Shown in pieces: positions 35,614 through 46,637 of a stretch of DNA of 64,000 bases. Origin of the DNA: Lysobacterales bacterium (lineage in GTDB: Bacteria; Pseudomonadota; Gammaproteobacteria; Xanthomonadales; SZUA-36); assembly GCA_041601535.1 (NCBI GenBank), contig JBFIHZ010000001.1, forward strand, positions 457 to 64,456, given 5' to 3'. Under the pieces are notes generated by a model. The model was not told the origin of the DNA. It saw only the letters and a program-made list of their open reading frames with translations, and ran no database searches. Position numbers and translations under genes: made by a program. How positions within the stretch are numbered: position 1 is the stretch's first letter; the number at the start of each line of letters is the position of its first letter.

Positions 35614-37623
35614 ATGCCCACCCGTCGTGATCTTGCCAATGCTGTCCGTGCTCTTTCCATGGATGCTGTACAACAGGCCAACTCCGGACACCCTGGCATG
35701 CCCATGGGCATGGCCGACATAGCCGAAGTGCTGTGGAGTGACAATCTCAAACACAATCCGGCCAATCCGCAATGGGCCGACCGGGACCGCTTTGTGCTGT
35801 CCAACGGTCACGGATCCATGCTGTTGTACTCGCTGCTGCACCTCAGCGGCTATGACCTGCCGATTGAACAGCTGAAGAACTTCCGCCAGTTGCATTCCAA
35901 AACCCCGGGACATCCGGAATTTGGCGAAACCCCGGGGGTTGAGACCACCACCGGGCCGCTGGGCCAGGGCCTGGCCAACGCGGTGGGGCTGGCTCTGGCT
36001 GAGAAAGTGCTGGCCAACCGCTTCAACCAGGACGATATGGACCTGGTTGACCACCACACCTGGGTATTCCTGGGTGACGGTTGCCTGATGGAAGGCGTAT
36101 CACACGAAGCCTGTTCATTGGCCGGTACAATGGGACTGGGCAAGTTAATCGCCTTCTGGGATGACAATGGGATTTCCATTGACGGCGAAGTGGGCGGCTG
36201 GTTTACCGATGACACGCCGGCCCGTTTCGAGGCCTATGGCTGGCAGGTTATCCGTGCGGTTGACGGCCATGATCCGGTTGAAATCCAGCAGGCCATTGAT
36301 ACGGCGCGTGACGAAACCAGCCGGCCCACGCTGATCTGTTGCCGCACCATTATCGGTTTCGGCTCGCCCAACAAGCAGGGCACTGAAGCGACCCATGGCG
36401 CGCCTTTGGGTGCAGATGAAATAGCCGCCACGCGCAAGCAGCTGGGTTGGGAACACGCTGCGTTTGAAATACCAAAGGATATCGCTGATGCCTGGAATGC
36501 CAGGGCGGAAGGGGCCAAAGCCGAGCAGCAGTGGCAGCAACGGTTCGAGGCATACTCCGCAAAATACCCGCAATTGGCAGAGGAGTTCAGCCGCCGGATG
36601 AGCGGCGATCTGCCACCGGACTGGGAACAGCAAACCCGTGATTTGATCGCAGGTATGCAGGAAAAAGGTGGCGACGTGGCCACGCGCAAATCCTCCCAGA
36701 TGGCGCTGGAAGCGTTCGGGCCGTTATTGCCCGAGTTGATCGGCGGCTCCGCTGACCTGGCGGGCTCGAACAACACCATCTGGTCGGGAAGCGTGGACGT
36801 CAACCAGGGAACGGATCAGGGTAATTATGTTTATTTCGGTGTGCGCGAATTCGGCATGACGGCTGTTTGCAATGGCATCGCGCTGCACGGCGGTTTCGTG
36901 CCGTATAACGCCACCTTCCTGGTGTTTTCGGATTATGCACGCAATGCGGTACGCATGTCGGCGCTGATCCCAACCCGCAATATTCATGTCTACACCCATG
37001 ATTCAATTGGCCTCGGCGAAGACGGACCTACCCACCAGCCGGTAGAGCATGTGGCCAGCCTTAGACTGATACCCGGGCTGCAGGTGTGGCGGCCGTGCGA
37101 TACGGTTGAGTCCGCCGTGGCGTGGAAATGCGCCATTGAAAACCGTGGCCGGCCCAGTGCGTTGATTTTTACCCGGCAAAACCTGCCACATCAGAACAGG
37201 GATGAAGCCCAGTTGGCGGCCATATCCCGCGGTGGTTATATACTGAAAGAGCCTGCCGGCACTGCAGATGCCATCATTATTGCAACCGGCTCGGAAGTGG
37301 GCCTGGCTGCCCGGGCTGCCGAAGAACTGGCCGGGCAGGGTGTCGCGGTGCGGTTGGTTTCAATGCCCAACCCGGGATTGTTCCTGCAGCAGGAAGCTGA
37401 CTATCGCGAATCCGTATTGCCCGCTGGTATCACCGCCCGTGTGGCTGTGGAAGCAGGTGTCAGTCATTACTGGCATCCTTTTGTGGGTGATCGTGGTCGT
37501 ATTGTCGGCGTCGACCGGTTTGGCGCTTCAGCCCCGGGGAACACTCTTTTTGAACATTATGGTTTGACCGTTGCCAACGTCAGTCAGGCCGTGCGCGATT
37601 CCATCGCGGCAAACCAGGCCTGA
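35614..37623 (+). CDS. tkt: Transketolase
   Basis: [31 protein letters not shown] and full-length similarity. Confidence 0.95.
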   Translation: MPTRRDLANAVRALSMDAVQQANSGHPGMPMGMADIAEVLWSDNLKHNPANPQWADRDRFVLSNGHGSMLLYSLLHLSGYDLPIEQLKNFRQLHSKTPGHPEFGETPGVETTTGPLGQGLANAVGLALAEKVLANRFNQDDMDLVDHHTWVFLGDGCLMEGVSHEACSLAGTMGLGKLIAFWDDNGISIDGEVGGWFTDDTPARFEAYGWQVIRAVDGHDPVEIQQAIDTARDETSRPTLICCRTIIGFGSPNKQGTEATHGAPLGADEIAATRKQLGWEHAAFEIPKDIADAWNARAEGAKAEQQWQQRFEAYSAKYPQLAEEFSRRMSGDLPPDWEQQTRDLIAGMQEKGGDVATRKSSQMALEAFGPLLPELIGGSADLAGSNNTIWSGSVDVNQGTDQGNYVYFGVREFGMTAVCNGIALHGGFVPYNATFLVFSDYARNAVRMSALIPTRNIHVYTHDSIGLGEDGPTHQPVEHVASLRLIPGLQVWRPCDTVESAVAWKCAIENRGRPSALIFTRQNLPHQNRDEAQLAAISRGGYILKEPAGTADAIIIATGSEVGLAARAAEELAGQGVAVRLVSMPNPGLFLQQEADYRESVLPAGITARVAVEAGVSHYWHPFVGDRGRIVGVDRFGASAPGNTLFEHYGLTVANVSQAVRDSIAANQA

Positions 37624-37657
37624 TAGCAGGCCCTTTATTATCCAGGAGTCAGAAAAC

Positions 37658-38665
37658 ATGGCGATCAAAGTTGCAATCAATGGCTATGGCCGCATCGGAC
37701 GGAACATCATGCGTGCCCTGTACGAATCCGGCCGCACCGACGAAATACAGGTTGTTGCAATCAACGACCTTGGCGACGCGGAAACCAATGCGCACCTCAC
37801 ACGTTTTGATACCGCCCATGGCAAGTTCCCGTTTGAAGTGGAAGTGGACCAGGGTGACCTGGTAATCGACGGTGACCGCATCAAGGTGTTTGCGGAACGT
37901 GATCCGGCCAAACTGCCCTGGGGCGAACTCGGCGTGGACGTGGTGCATGAATCGACCGGTTTTTTCGCCAGCAAGGAAAAAGCCGGAGCGCATATCGAAG
38001 CCGGCGCCAAAAAAGTCATCATTTCCGCGCCCGGTAAAAACGTCGACAACACCGTGGTATACGGGGTTAACCACACGGATCTGAAATCCACCGACCAGGT
38101 GATTTCCAACGCGTCCTGCACGACCAACTGCCTGGCACCGCTGGCCAAGGTGCTGCATGCGGCCGTGGGAATTGAGCACGGCTTGATGACCACCATTCAC
38201 GCCTACACCAATGACCAGGTGCTGACCGATGTGTTTCACTCGGATTTGCGCCGCGCCCGTTCCGCAACGATGAGCCAGATTCCGACCAAGACTGGCGCCG
38301 CCGCTGCCGTTGGGCTGGTGCTGCCGGAGTTGAACGGCCGGCTGGACGGTTTCTCCATGCGGGTGCCCACCATTAATGTTTCCGTTGTGGATCTGAGCTT
38401 TGTCGCCAGCCGTTCAACCACGGTGGACGAGATCAACCAGGTGGTGCGTGCGGCTGCTGAAGGTGAAATGAAGGGCGTCTTGGCATACAACACGCAACCG
38501 TTGGTTTCCATTGACTTCAATCACAACCCGCATTCATCCATTTTCGATTCCACCCTGACGCGCGTCATGGAAGGCAATCTGGTCAAGGTGCTCAGCTGGT
38601 ACGACAACGAGTGGGGTTTCAGCAACCGCATGCTGGATACCACCATTGCGTTGGTCAACGCCTGA
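37658..38665 (+). CDS. gap: Type I glyceraldehyde-3-phosphate dehydrogenase (Gap/Epd clade; cannot discriminate by eye)
   Basis: [47 protein letters not shown]. Position between tkt and pgk. Confidence 0.9.
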   Translation: MAIKVAINGYGRIGRNIMRALYESGRTDEIQVVAINDLGDAETNAHLTRFDTAHGKFPFEVEVDQGDLVIDGDRIKVFAERDPAKLPWGELGVDVVHESTGFFASKEKAGAHIEAGAKKVIISAPGKNVDNTVVYGVNHTDLKSTDQVISNASCTTNCLAPLAKVLHAAVGIEHGLMTTIHAYTNDQVLTDVFHSDLRRARSATMSQIPTKTGAAAAVGLVLPELNGRLDGFSMRVPTINVSVVDLSFVASRSTTVDEINQVVRAAAEGEMKGVLAYNTQPLVSIDFNHNPHSSIFDSTLTRVMEGNLVKVLSWYDNEWGFSNRMLDTTIALVNA

Positions 38666-38680
38666 CCCGGATTATCCAGC

Positions 38681-39859
38681 GTGACTTTCCTGCGAATGCA
38701 AGATATTGATCTCGCCGGCCGGCGGGTGATGATCCGTGAAGATCTGAATGTTCCCATCGAACAGGGGGAAGTCAGTTCCGATGCACGCATCCGTGCCGCC
38801 CTGCCCACGCTGCGGCTGGCACTGGAGGCGAATGCCGCCGTGCTGCTGGTGTCGCATCTTGGGCGGCCGGTGGAAGGTCAGCCGTCGGAGGAGTTTTCAC
38901 TGGCTCCGGTGGCCAGGCATTTGTCCAAGCTGCTGGACCGTGAGGTCCGGCTGGTGGTCAACTGGCTGGACGGCGTTGAGGTAGCGCCGGGTGAACTGGT
39001 GCTGTGTGAAAATGTGCGCTTCAATGTCGGTGAAAAGGCCAATGATCCCGGCCTGGCCGAACGCATGGCCGGTTTGTGCGATGTGTTCGTGATGGATGCA
39101 TTTGGTGCCGCTCACCGCGCCCAGGCCTCCACCGAGGGTGTGATCAGCAAGGCGCCTGTCGCCTGTGCCGGGCCTTTGCTCAGCCGGGAACTGGACGCGC
39201 TGCATCAGGCGCTGAACAAGCCGGAGCGGCCAATGCTGGGCATCGTTGGAGGTTCCAAGGTGTCCACCAAGCTTACCGTGCTGGAAAGCCTGTTGAATCA
39301 TGTTGATGAGCTGATCGTGGGCGGTGGTATCGCCAACACGTTTATTGCTGCGGCCGGTTACAACGTGGGCAAGTCATTGTACGAGCCGGACCTGGTCCAC
39401 GAAGCGGCATCACTGATCAGTCAGACCCACGACAGGGGTGGCGCCATTCCAATTCCCAAAGACGTGGTGGTGGCCAAGTCATTTTCCGCGGAAGCGCCCG
39501 CCATGGTGCGTAAAGTCGACGCAGTACAGGACGATGACCTGATCCTTGATATTGGTCCGCTGACAGCTGTTGAATATGCCGGCATCATTGCCGGCGCTGG
39601 CACCATCATCTGGAATGGTCCGGTCGGCGTATTTGAATTTGATGGATTTGCCGCCGGCACCCGCGCCGTTGCCGAAGCCATCGCGCGTTCCAGCGCGTTC
39701 AGTATAGCCGGCGGAGGCGACACTTTGGCAGCCATCGACCGCTTCGACGTTGCCGACGAAATCAGCTACATCTCCACCGGAGGTGGAGCGTTCCTGGAGT
39801 TCGTGGAGGGCAAAAGCCTGCCCGCGGTAGCGGCCCTGGAAGCGCGCGCTGGTCACTGA
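38681..39859 (+). CDS. pgk: Phosphoglycerate kinase
   Basis: [37 protein letters not shown] 38681 (an alternative ATG is at 38696). Confidence 0.95.
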   Translation: MTFLRMQDIDLAGRRVMIREDLNVPIEQGEVSSDARIRAALPTLRLALEANAAVLLVSHLGRPVEGQPSEEFSLAPVARHLSKLLDREVRLVVNWLDGVEVAPGELVLCENVRFNVGEKANDPGLAERMAGLCDVFVMDAFGAAHRAQASTEGVISKAPVACAGPLLSRELDALHQALNKPERPMLGIVGGSKVSTKLTVLESLLNHVDELIVGGGIANTFIAAAGYNVGKSLYEPDLVHEAASLISQTHDRGGAIPIPKDVVVAKSFSAEAPAMVRKVDAVQDDDLILDIGPLTAVEYAGIIAGAGTIIWNGPVGVFEFDGFAAGTRAVAEAIARSSAFSIAGGGDTLAAIDRFDVADEISYISTGGGAFLEFVEGKSLPAVAALEARAGH

Positions 39860-39873
39860 CCGCTGACCGCTTT

Positions 39874-41577
39874 TCAGCTTCCGTTTTCACCGTCCGATGC
39901 ATAGCGGCGGTCAGTCGCTGCCAGTGCGTCAAAGAATTCCGGCGCGTGCTGCCGGTAGTGTTGCCAGCGTGCCACCGATGCCTGGTGTACCGGTTGCCGT
40001 GCTTGCCAGCTGCTGGCCGTGCGCACCGCACGGGCGTGCTGCTGGGAGCTGTCCATTGATGCGGTCCACTCAAGCCCGAGAAATTCCAGCACGGTTTTAA
40101 GCGTCGCGGCAGGCGCAGTCACCAGGTCCTCATAGGCCAGGGAGTGAATGCGTTCAGGGGCCTGGTCCTGCCAGAAAGACATGATGGAGCGGTATCCCGC
40201 GTAGTAGTCCTCAAGATCATCCAGGCGGTTGGCGAATCCGGCATCCGCGTGCTGGAACAACTGGCAGAAACAAGACAGGCAGCTGTCGCGGCCATCGCGG
40301 CTGAGGTGGAGAATTTTTGCTTCGGGCATTACCGTCAGCAGGAAACCGACAAAGCGAAAATTCAGCGGATTCTTGTCTATGTAAATATGATCACCCGGCC
40401 CGTCCAGTTGTAAATGCGTCCACAGTTCATCGGCAATGGCCGACCGCTCGGCGGATGACAACGCGTGTGCCGGCCCGTGTCGCGTGGCCAAGTGTGACAG
40501 GAAATTGAGTTCGCCCCGGCCAGTAATCCGCTCATGCCGGTCCAGCAGCTGTTCCAGCAAGGTCGTTCCGGAGCGCAGCATGCCCATGATATAGACCGGC
40601 TGGCGGCCGCCGCGGGCGGGCCTGAGCTGCCGTGCGTGGCTTGCGGCGACGGGTTGCAATGCGGTATCGCGCTGCCGGTGCCAGCCACTGCGGTCCCAGG
40701 GCTGGGCCTGGTGGCGCAGCCGGTTGCCGCGCACAAAGGCTTGCCAGGCATCGCCCCAGCTGCCTAAATCATCCAGCGCCTTGCCCCGTGCGAATGCCAG
40801 GCACATGTCCGCTTCCGGGCCCAGCGATGATTGCGCGGCTAGCTGGATGCGCTGCCAGTCCGCGTTTTCACGCGACTCAAAGCGTTGCAGCTGGGCCAGG
40901 TTAAGCCACGCGCCGCCCAGGCCGGGGTCAGCGTCCAGTGCATTTCGATAGTGATCCAGTGCGGGTTCGAATTGCCCCAGCGATTGATGCAGCCGTGCCA
41001 CGCGAAAATGCAGGCCGGCGTCAGCGGGCGCGAGTTGCAGCGCCATGTTCATGGTGCTAATGGCTGCCGTCGCCTGGTGGCTGTCGCGCAGGAATCCGCT
41101 GACCTTCAACAGGCAGGTCAGATTGTGCCGCTGGTGCCGCGCCAGCGACAGCAGCGCCTCCGCTGCCTTGCCGGTCTGACCCTGCTCACGCAGCAGGTAG
41201 GCCAGCGCGAACGCGGCGTTCTCATCGCCCGGTTGTTCTGCCAGTAATTGAACCAACAGCGATTCGGCCCCGGCGGGCTGGCCGTTCAGCCGCCGTGCAT
41301 TGGCCAGCCAATAGCGCGCTTCGCGGCTTTGCGGCGCCTGCCGCACGGCCGCTTCAAGATGACCTGCCGCTTCACCGCCGCGTTGCTGCTCAACGGCCCT
41401 GATGCCTGCTTCCAGTTGTCGTTGCCAGTCGGTATCGCTCACGTGCCGGGCCTGTGGTTGGTTTTTCCCGCCCAAGCATAACTGCTCATCCCGGCGCCCG
41501 AAACGGTTTGTGCGGAATGTCATATCAAGTGGGTATAATCGGGTGTATGAAAAAAGACCAAGATCCGATTGCTTCAA
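39874..41577 (-). CDS. TPR-repeat sulfotransferase (second copy), inserted between pgk and pyk
   Basis: TPR-like N-terminal half, then VYIMGMLRSGTTLLEQLLDRHERI, LSRDGRDSCLSCF and LAYEDLVTAPAATLKTVLEFLGL. Start uncertain: maximal ORF 41577, ATG 41523, or GTG 41442, which would leave 104 nt to pyk. Confidence 0.8.
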   Translation of the reverse strand: MKQSDLGLFSYTRLYPLDMTFRTNRFGRRDEQLCLGGKNQPQARHVSDTDWQRQLEAGIRAVEQQRGGEAAGHLEAAVRQAPQSREARYWLANARRLNGQPAGAESLLVQLLAEQPGDENAAFALAYLLREQGQTGKAAEALLSLARHQRHNLTCLLKVSGFLRDSHQATAAISTMNMALQLAPADAGLHFRVARLHQSLGQFEPALDHYRNALDADPGLGGAWLNLAQLQRFESRENADWQRIQLAAQSSLGPEADMCLAFARGKALDDLGSWGDAWQAFVRGNRLRHQAQPWDRSGWHRQRDTALQPVAASHARQLRPARGGRQPVYIMGMLRSGTTLLEQLLDRHERITGRGELNFLSHLATRHGPAHALSSAERSAIADELWTHLQLDGPGDHIYIDKNPLNFRFVGFLLTVMPEAKILHLSRDGRDSCLSCFCQLFQHADAGFANRLDDLEDYYAGYRSIMSFWQDQAPERIHSLAYEDLVTAPAATLKTVLEFLGLEWTASMDSSQQHARAVRTASSWQARQPVHQASVARWQHYRQHAPEFFDALAATDRRYASDGENGS

Positions 41578-43043
41578 AAATCCGCCGTACCAAGATCATT
41601 GCCACACTGGGTCCCGCGACCGACAAGCGGGAAAGCCTGCATGCTTTGATCAAGGCCGGGGCCGATATGCTGCGCCTTAATATGTCACACGGGCCGACCG
41701 AAATGCACGTGCAACGCGCTCAGATGGCGCGGGAGGTGGCGGCAGAGCTGGGCAGGGAAGTGGCCATTCTGTTCGATTTGCAGGGCCCCAAGATCCGCGT
41801 GGAGAAGTTTGTCGACGGCAGTGTTCAGCTTGCTCCCGGAGATGCCTTCACCCTGGATGCGGGAGATTTCGAAACCCCCGGTGACCAGACCCGCGTGGGC
41901 GTCAGCTACACTGGTCTGCCGGGTGACGTCAGCGTTGGCAACCTGTTGTTGCTGGATGATGGCCTGATTTCCATGCGGGTGCAGTCCATCGATGGTCAGC
42001 AGATCCACTGCGTGGTGGAAAACGGCGGCAAGCTGTCCAACCGCAAGGGTATCAACGTGCAGGGTGGCGGTTTGTCCATTGCCGGCATTGCCGAGCACGA
42101 TTTGCCGCACATCCAGCTGGCCGCCGAACTGGGGGCAGATTACGTGGCGGTATCATTCGCCAGCAGTGCAGCCGATATGCACCGGGCCCGCGACTTGCTG
42201 CGCAAGGCGGGCAGCGAGGCATCGCTAATGGCGAAGGTGGAGCGTGCAGAGGCGATAGATAACCTGGAAGAAATCTGCGATGCCTCAGATGCCATCCTGG
42301 TCGCTCGCGGCGATCTCGGAGTTGAGTTCGGTGATGCCGAGCTGCCCGGTTTGCAGAAACTCATTATCCAGACCGCTTTGAAACACAATCGCATCGTTGC
42401 CACGGCCACCCAGATGATGCAGTCCATGATCGAGAACCCGATTCCCACCCGGGCCGAAGTGCTGGACGTGGCCAATGCGGTAATTGACGGTTCCGACGCG
42501 GTCATGCTGTCCGCTGAAACCGCGGTAGGCAAACATCCGGCCAAAGTGGTCACAGCCATGCATCGTATCTGCCTGGGCGCAGAAGGTCATTTTGACCGTG
42601 TTGGTGTCAGCCTCCAGCTCAATGTGCGTTTCCAGCGAATTGACCAGGCCATTGCCATGGCTGCCATGTTCATGGCCAAGAATGTTTCCGTGCAGGCCAT
42701 TGTGGCTTTGACGGAATCGGGCTCCACCGCCCAGTGGTTATCGCGCGTTCAGTCTTCAGTGCCCATTTTCGCGCTGTCCCCCAATATCGCCAGCCGCCGT
42801 CGCATGGCCTTGTTTCGTAACGTGTACCCGGTAGCGCACAACCCGGTAGGCGAAGACATGGATCAGGTGGTGCAGGATGTGCTGCGCTTGCTGTTTCGAA
42901 AACAGTACGTGCACGCTGGCGACCGCGTTATCGTCACCATGGGCGATACGCTCGGTAATGAAGGGGGAACCAATACCCTGCGCCTGCTGCAGCTGGGTTC
43001 CGACGGATTCGTGGAAAACCAGTCCGAGCTGGACCTGCACTGA
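41547..43043 (+). CDS. pyk: Pyruvate kinase
   Basis: RRTKIIATLGPAT, MLRLNMSHG, MAKVERAEA, VARGDLGVE. Confidence 0.93.
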   Translation: MKKDQDPIASKIRRTKIIATLGPATDKRESLHALIKAGADMLRLNMSHGPTEMHVQRAQMAREVAAELGREVAILFDLQGPKIRVEKFVDGSVQLAPGDAFTLDAGDFETPGDQTRVGVSYTGLPGDVSVGNLLLLDDGLISMRVQSIDGQQIHCVVENGGKLSNRKGINVQGGGLSIAGIAEHDLPHIQLAAELGADYVAVSFASSAADMHRARDLLRKAGSEASLMAKVERAEAIDNLEEICDASDAILVARGDLGVEFGDAELPGLQKLIIQTALKHNRIVATATQMMQSMIENPIPTRAEVLDVANAVIDGSDAVMLSAETAVGKHPAKVVTAMHRICLGAEGHFDRVGVSLQLNVRFQRIDQAIAMAAMFMAKNVSVQAIVALTESGSTAQWLSRVQSSVPIFALSPNIASRRRMALFRNVYPVAHNPVGEDMDQVVQDVLRLLFRKQYVHAGDRVIVTMGDTLGNEGGTNTLRLLQLGSDGFVENQSELDLH

Positions 43044-43206
43044 AACCACCCGGAGAACGTTCGCGGATACGCCGCTGTATGGAAAACAGGCTTTAGCGAA
43101 TCATGGTTTTAGCCGTCGCTAAGCAGTAAAATAAACGGTTCCTCCGGAAACACCTGCCTTGTTCCGGGGTTTTTGGGCTGGTTCTTCAATTATTCAGGAG
43201 TCAAAC

Positions 43207-44226
43207 ATGAGCAGTATGGAATTGGTGTCGGTAGCACAGGCAATGGTTGCCGAGGGTAAAGGAATTTTGGCCATCGATGAGAGCACGGGCACCATTACCA
43301 AGCGCTTCAAGACCATCGATATGGAGTCAACCGAAGAAAACCGCCGGGCCTACCGCGAGTTGCTGCTTACCACTCCCGGCCTGGGCAAGCACATCAGCGG
43401 TGCCATCCTGTTTGATGAAACCATCCGGCAATCTACCAGTGACGGTGTTTCATTCGTCAAAATCATGCAGGACGCAGGTATCCTGCCTGGCATCAAAGTA
43501 GATGCCGGAGCCCATGATCTGGCCGGGCATCCGGGTGAAAAAGTCACCGAAGGGCTGGACGGGCTGCGCGCCCGGCTGAAGGAATACCATGGACTGGGCG
43601 CCAAGTTCGCCAAGTGGCGCGCGGTGATCACCATCGGTGAAAACATTCCTACCTCATCCTGTGTGGATGCCAATGCGCATGCGCTGGCGCGTTATGCGTC
43701 ACTGTGCCAGGAAGCCGGCATTGTGCCCATCGTGGAACCTGAAGTGCTGATGGACGGCAGCCACAGCCTGGATGAATCTTTTGAAGTCACCGAGGCCACC
43801 CTGCGTTCATTGTTCCACCAGTTGTACGAACAGAATGTGCTGCTGGAAGGCACCATCCTGAAAGCCAGCATGGTGATTTCCGGGTCTGAAGCATCCAACC
43901 GGGCCGGCGTGGATGAAGTGGCTGAAGCCACCGTGCAGTGCCTGCTCAACGCGGTACCGGCCGCCGTCGCCGGTGTGGTGTTTCTGTCCGGCGGGCAGTC
44001 CGATGAAGAAGCAACCGCGCACCTGGATGCAATGAACCGGCTGGGCGATTTTCCGTGGCCGCTGACATTTTCCTATGGCCGCGCCCTGCAGGCGCCCGCA
44101 CTGAAAGTCTGGGGCGAAAACCCGGCAGCCAACGTTGCCGCTGCCCAGAAAAAGCTGGCCCACCGTGCCCACATGAACGGTCTCGCCGCTGTCGGTCAAT
44201 ACGACAAATCACTCGAGGCGGCTTAA
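43207..44226 (+). CDS. fba: Fructose-bisphosphate aldolase, class I
   Basis: GILAIDESTGTITKRF and later class I (Schiff-base type) core similarity. RBS CAGGAG. Confidence 0.9.
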   Translation: MSSMELVSVAQAMVAEGKGILAIDESTGTITKRFKTIDMESTEENRRAYRELLLTTPGLGKHISGAILFDETIRQSTSDGVSFVKIMQDAGILPGIKVDAGAHDLAGHPGEKVTEGLDGLRARLKEYHGLGAKFAKWRAVITIGENIPTSSCVDANAHALARYASLCQEAGIVPIVEPEVLMDGSHSLDESFEVTEATLRSLFHQLYEQNVLLEGTILKASMVISGSEASNRAGVDEVAEATVQCLLNAVPAAVAGVVFLSGGQSDEEATAHLDAMNRLGDFPWPLTFSYGRALQAPALKVWGENPAANVAAAQKKLAHRAHMNGLAAVGQYDKSLEAA

Positions 44227-44253
44227 ACCGCGACGGCAGCCCGGTATTCCTGT

Positions 44254-44280
44254 GCCCGGCGTAATGCCGGGCAATCCTTT
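44254..44280 (+). terminator. Hairpin after fba
   Basis: GCCCGGC (44254-44260) / GTAAT / GCCGGGC (44266-44272), then AATCCTTT. A second imperfect hairpin is at 44282-44307. Confidence 0.45.
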
Positions 44281-44329
44281 CTGAGGCACACCCGCTGTGC
44301 TGCCTCAAAACGCGTTTGCTGGTGAATTG

Positions 44330-46624
44330 ATGAACGGTAACCTGAAAGAAAATGCCCTGCATTACCATCGTTACCCCAAGCCGGGCAAAATCAAGATCAC
44401 TCCGACCAAGGCGCTGACCACGCAACAGGACCTTGCACTGGCCTATTCACCCGGCGTGGCTGCTGCCAGCGAATTGATCCACCAGGACCCGGTGACGGTC
44501 AGCGAGGTTACGGCGCGCGGCAACCTGGTGGCCGTGATCAGTAACGGCACAGCGGTTCTGGGCCTGGGCAACATTGGGCCACTGGCCGCCAAACCTGTGA
44601 TGGAAGGCAAGGGTGTGCTGTTCAAGAAATTTGCCGATATCGACGTATTCGATATCGAAATTTCCGAAAACGACCCGGACCGGCTGGTGGACATCATTGC
44701 CTCGCTGGAACCCACATTTGGTGGCATCAATCTGGAGGACATCAAGGCGCCAGAATGTTTTATCGTGGAAGCGAAGCTGAAAGAGCGTCTCGGCATCCCG
44801 GTTTTTCACGATGACCAGCACGGAACGGCGATCATCACGGCCGCCGCCGTACTGAATGCATTGCAGATCGTTAACAAAGAAATTGGCGAAATCCGCGTGG
44901 TCGCCTCCGGTGCCGGCGCCGCCGGCATGGCCTGTCTGGACCTGCTGGTCAACCTCGGGCTGAGCAAGGACAACATCATCGTGGTGGATCGCCTGGGGGT
45001 GATTTACAAAGACCGCGGTGAGTATATGGACGACCGCAAGGCCGCTTATGCGGTGGAAACAGAGCTGCGTACGCTGGAACAGGCCATCAAGGGCGCTGAT
45101 CTGTTCCTGGGCGTTTCCGCGGGTGGCATTCTGAGCAAGGAAATGGTGGCTTCCATGGTGGATCAGCCCATCATTTTGGCGCTGGCCAATCCAGACCCTG
45201 AAATTCTGCCGGAAGACGCGCGTGAAGCCAGTCCCAACGCCATCATCGCCACCGGCCGGTCCGATTACCCCAACCAGGTAAACAACGTACTGTGTTTCCC
45301 GTATATTTTTCGTGGCGCACTGGATGTCGGCGCCACGGTCATCAATGATGAGATGAAAATGGCCTGCGTGTATGCGCTGGCTGAAATCACCCACAAGGAA
45401 GTCCAGCAAACCGGTGCGGTCCCGCAGGGCGCAGAGCCTTTGCAGTTCGGGCCGGATTATATTATTCCCAAACCGTTTGATCCGCGCCTGCTGGTGCAAT
45501 TGGCCCCGGCCGTGGCCCAGGCCGCCATGGACAGCGGCGTGGCAACCCGTCCGATCGAAGACATGCAGGCCTACCAGGAGCAGCTGGATCAGTTTGTTTA
45601 CCGCACCGGCCTGCTGATGAAGCCGGTATTCGATGCGGCGCGCAGCGATCCGAAACGGGTGGCATACGCCAATGGCGAAGAGAACGTGGTGCTCCGCGGT
45701 GTGCAAACCGTGGTGGATAATCACCTGGCCTTTCCGGTATTGATCGGACGCCCGTCGGTGGTTGAAAGCCGGATAGAAAAACTGGGTCTGCGGCTTAAAG
45801 CCGGCATCGATTTTGAGCTGGTCAACCCCGAATCCGACCCGAGGTTCTGGGATTACTGGACCACCTACCACGCCATCATGGAACGGCACGGCGTGTCCCC
45901 GGATACCGCCAAGACCATCGTACGCACCCGCAACAGCGTGATCGCGGCCCTGATGTTGCATCGTAATGAAGTAGACGCGATGGTCACTGGTATTGTCGGC
46001 CGTTACCGCATGAACCTGGAAAATGTCCTTGATGTGATCGGTTTGAAAGCGGGCGCGAAAGTTGCCGGCTCAATGGGGGTTCTGAGCACCGACGACGGCG
46101 CATATTTTGTTTGCGATACGCACGTCAATGCCAACCCAAGTGCCGAGGAAATTGCTGAAATCACCATGATGGCAGCGGAAAAAATCCGCATTTTCGGCAT
46201 TCGCCCGCGGGTGGCGCTGTTGTCACATTCGGCATTCGGCAGCCACAAGGACAAGAGTGCCGAGAAAATGAAACGTGCACTCAGTCTGCTGCGTGAACTC
46301 GACCCCGAACTCGAAGTCGAAGGTGAAATGACAGCCGATATGGCGCTGGATGAAAGTTACCGTCGCCATGTATTTCCCAATTCCCGCTTGCGCGGCCCGG
46401 CCAATCTGCTGGTGATGCCCAACCTGGATTCGGCACACATTGCGTTTAATATGGCACGTGTGATCAGCAACGGCGTGACCGTTGGGCCCATCCTGCTGGG
46501 TGTGGGGCGTCCAGCGCATGTTTTGACATCGTCAGCCTCAGCCCGGCGCGTGGTCAATATGACTGCCATCGCCGTCGCAGAAGCACAAATTTATGACAAA
46601 ACGAAACAGGCTTTGTCACAGTGA
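44330..46624 (+). CDS. maeB: NADP-dependent malic enzyme with C-terminal phosphotransacetylase-like domain
   Basis: [34 protein letters not shown]. The ~330-aa PTA-like C-terminal domain gives a MaeB-type length. Confidence 0.93.
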   Translation: MNGNLKENALHYHRYPKPGKIKITPTKALTTQQDLALAYSPGVAAASELIHQDPVTVSEVTARGNLVAVISNGTAVLGLGNIGPLAAKPVMEGKGVLFKKFADIDVFDIEISENDPDRLVDIIASLEPTFGGINLEDIKAPECFIVEAKLKERLGIPVFHDDQHGTAIITAAAVLNALQIVNKEIGEIRVVASGAGAAGMACLDLLVNLGLSKDNIIVVDRLGVIYKDRGEYMDDRKAAYAVETELRTLEQAIKGADLFLGVSAGGILSKEMVASMVDQPIILALANPDPEILPEDAREASPNAIIATGRSDYPNQVNNVLCFPYIFRGALDVGATVINDEMKMACVYALAEITHKEVQQTGAVPQGAEPLQFGPDYIIPKPFDPRLLVQLAPAVAQAAMDSGVATRPIEDMQAYQEQLDQFVYRTGLLMKPVFDAARSDPKRVAYANGEENVVLRGVQTVVDNHLAFPVLIGRPSVVESRIEKLGLRLKAGIDFELVNPESDPRFWDYWTTYHAIMERHGVSPDTAKTIVRTRNSVIAALMLHRNEVDAMVTGIVGRYRMNLENVLDVIGLKAGAKVAGSMGVLSTDDGAYFVCDTHVNANPSAEEIAEITMMAAEKIRIFGIRPRVALLSHSAFGSHKDKSAEKMKRALSLLRELDPELEVEGEMTADMALDESYRRHVFPNSRLRGPANLLVMPNLDSAHIAFNMARVISNGVTVGPILLGVGRPAHVLTSSASARRVVNMTAIAVAEAQIYDKTKQALSQ

Positions 46625-46637
46625 CAGGAGTTGCCGA

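Noticed and set aside
44447-45961. 504-aa minus-strand ORF inside maeB
   Set aside because: It is antisense to an unmistakable malic-enzyme sequence, and its translation has no recognisable motif.
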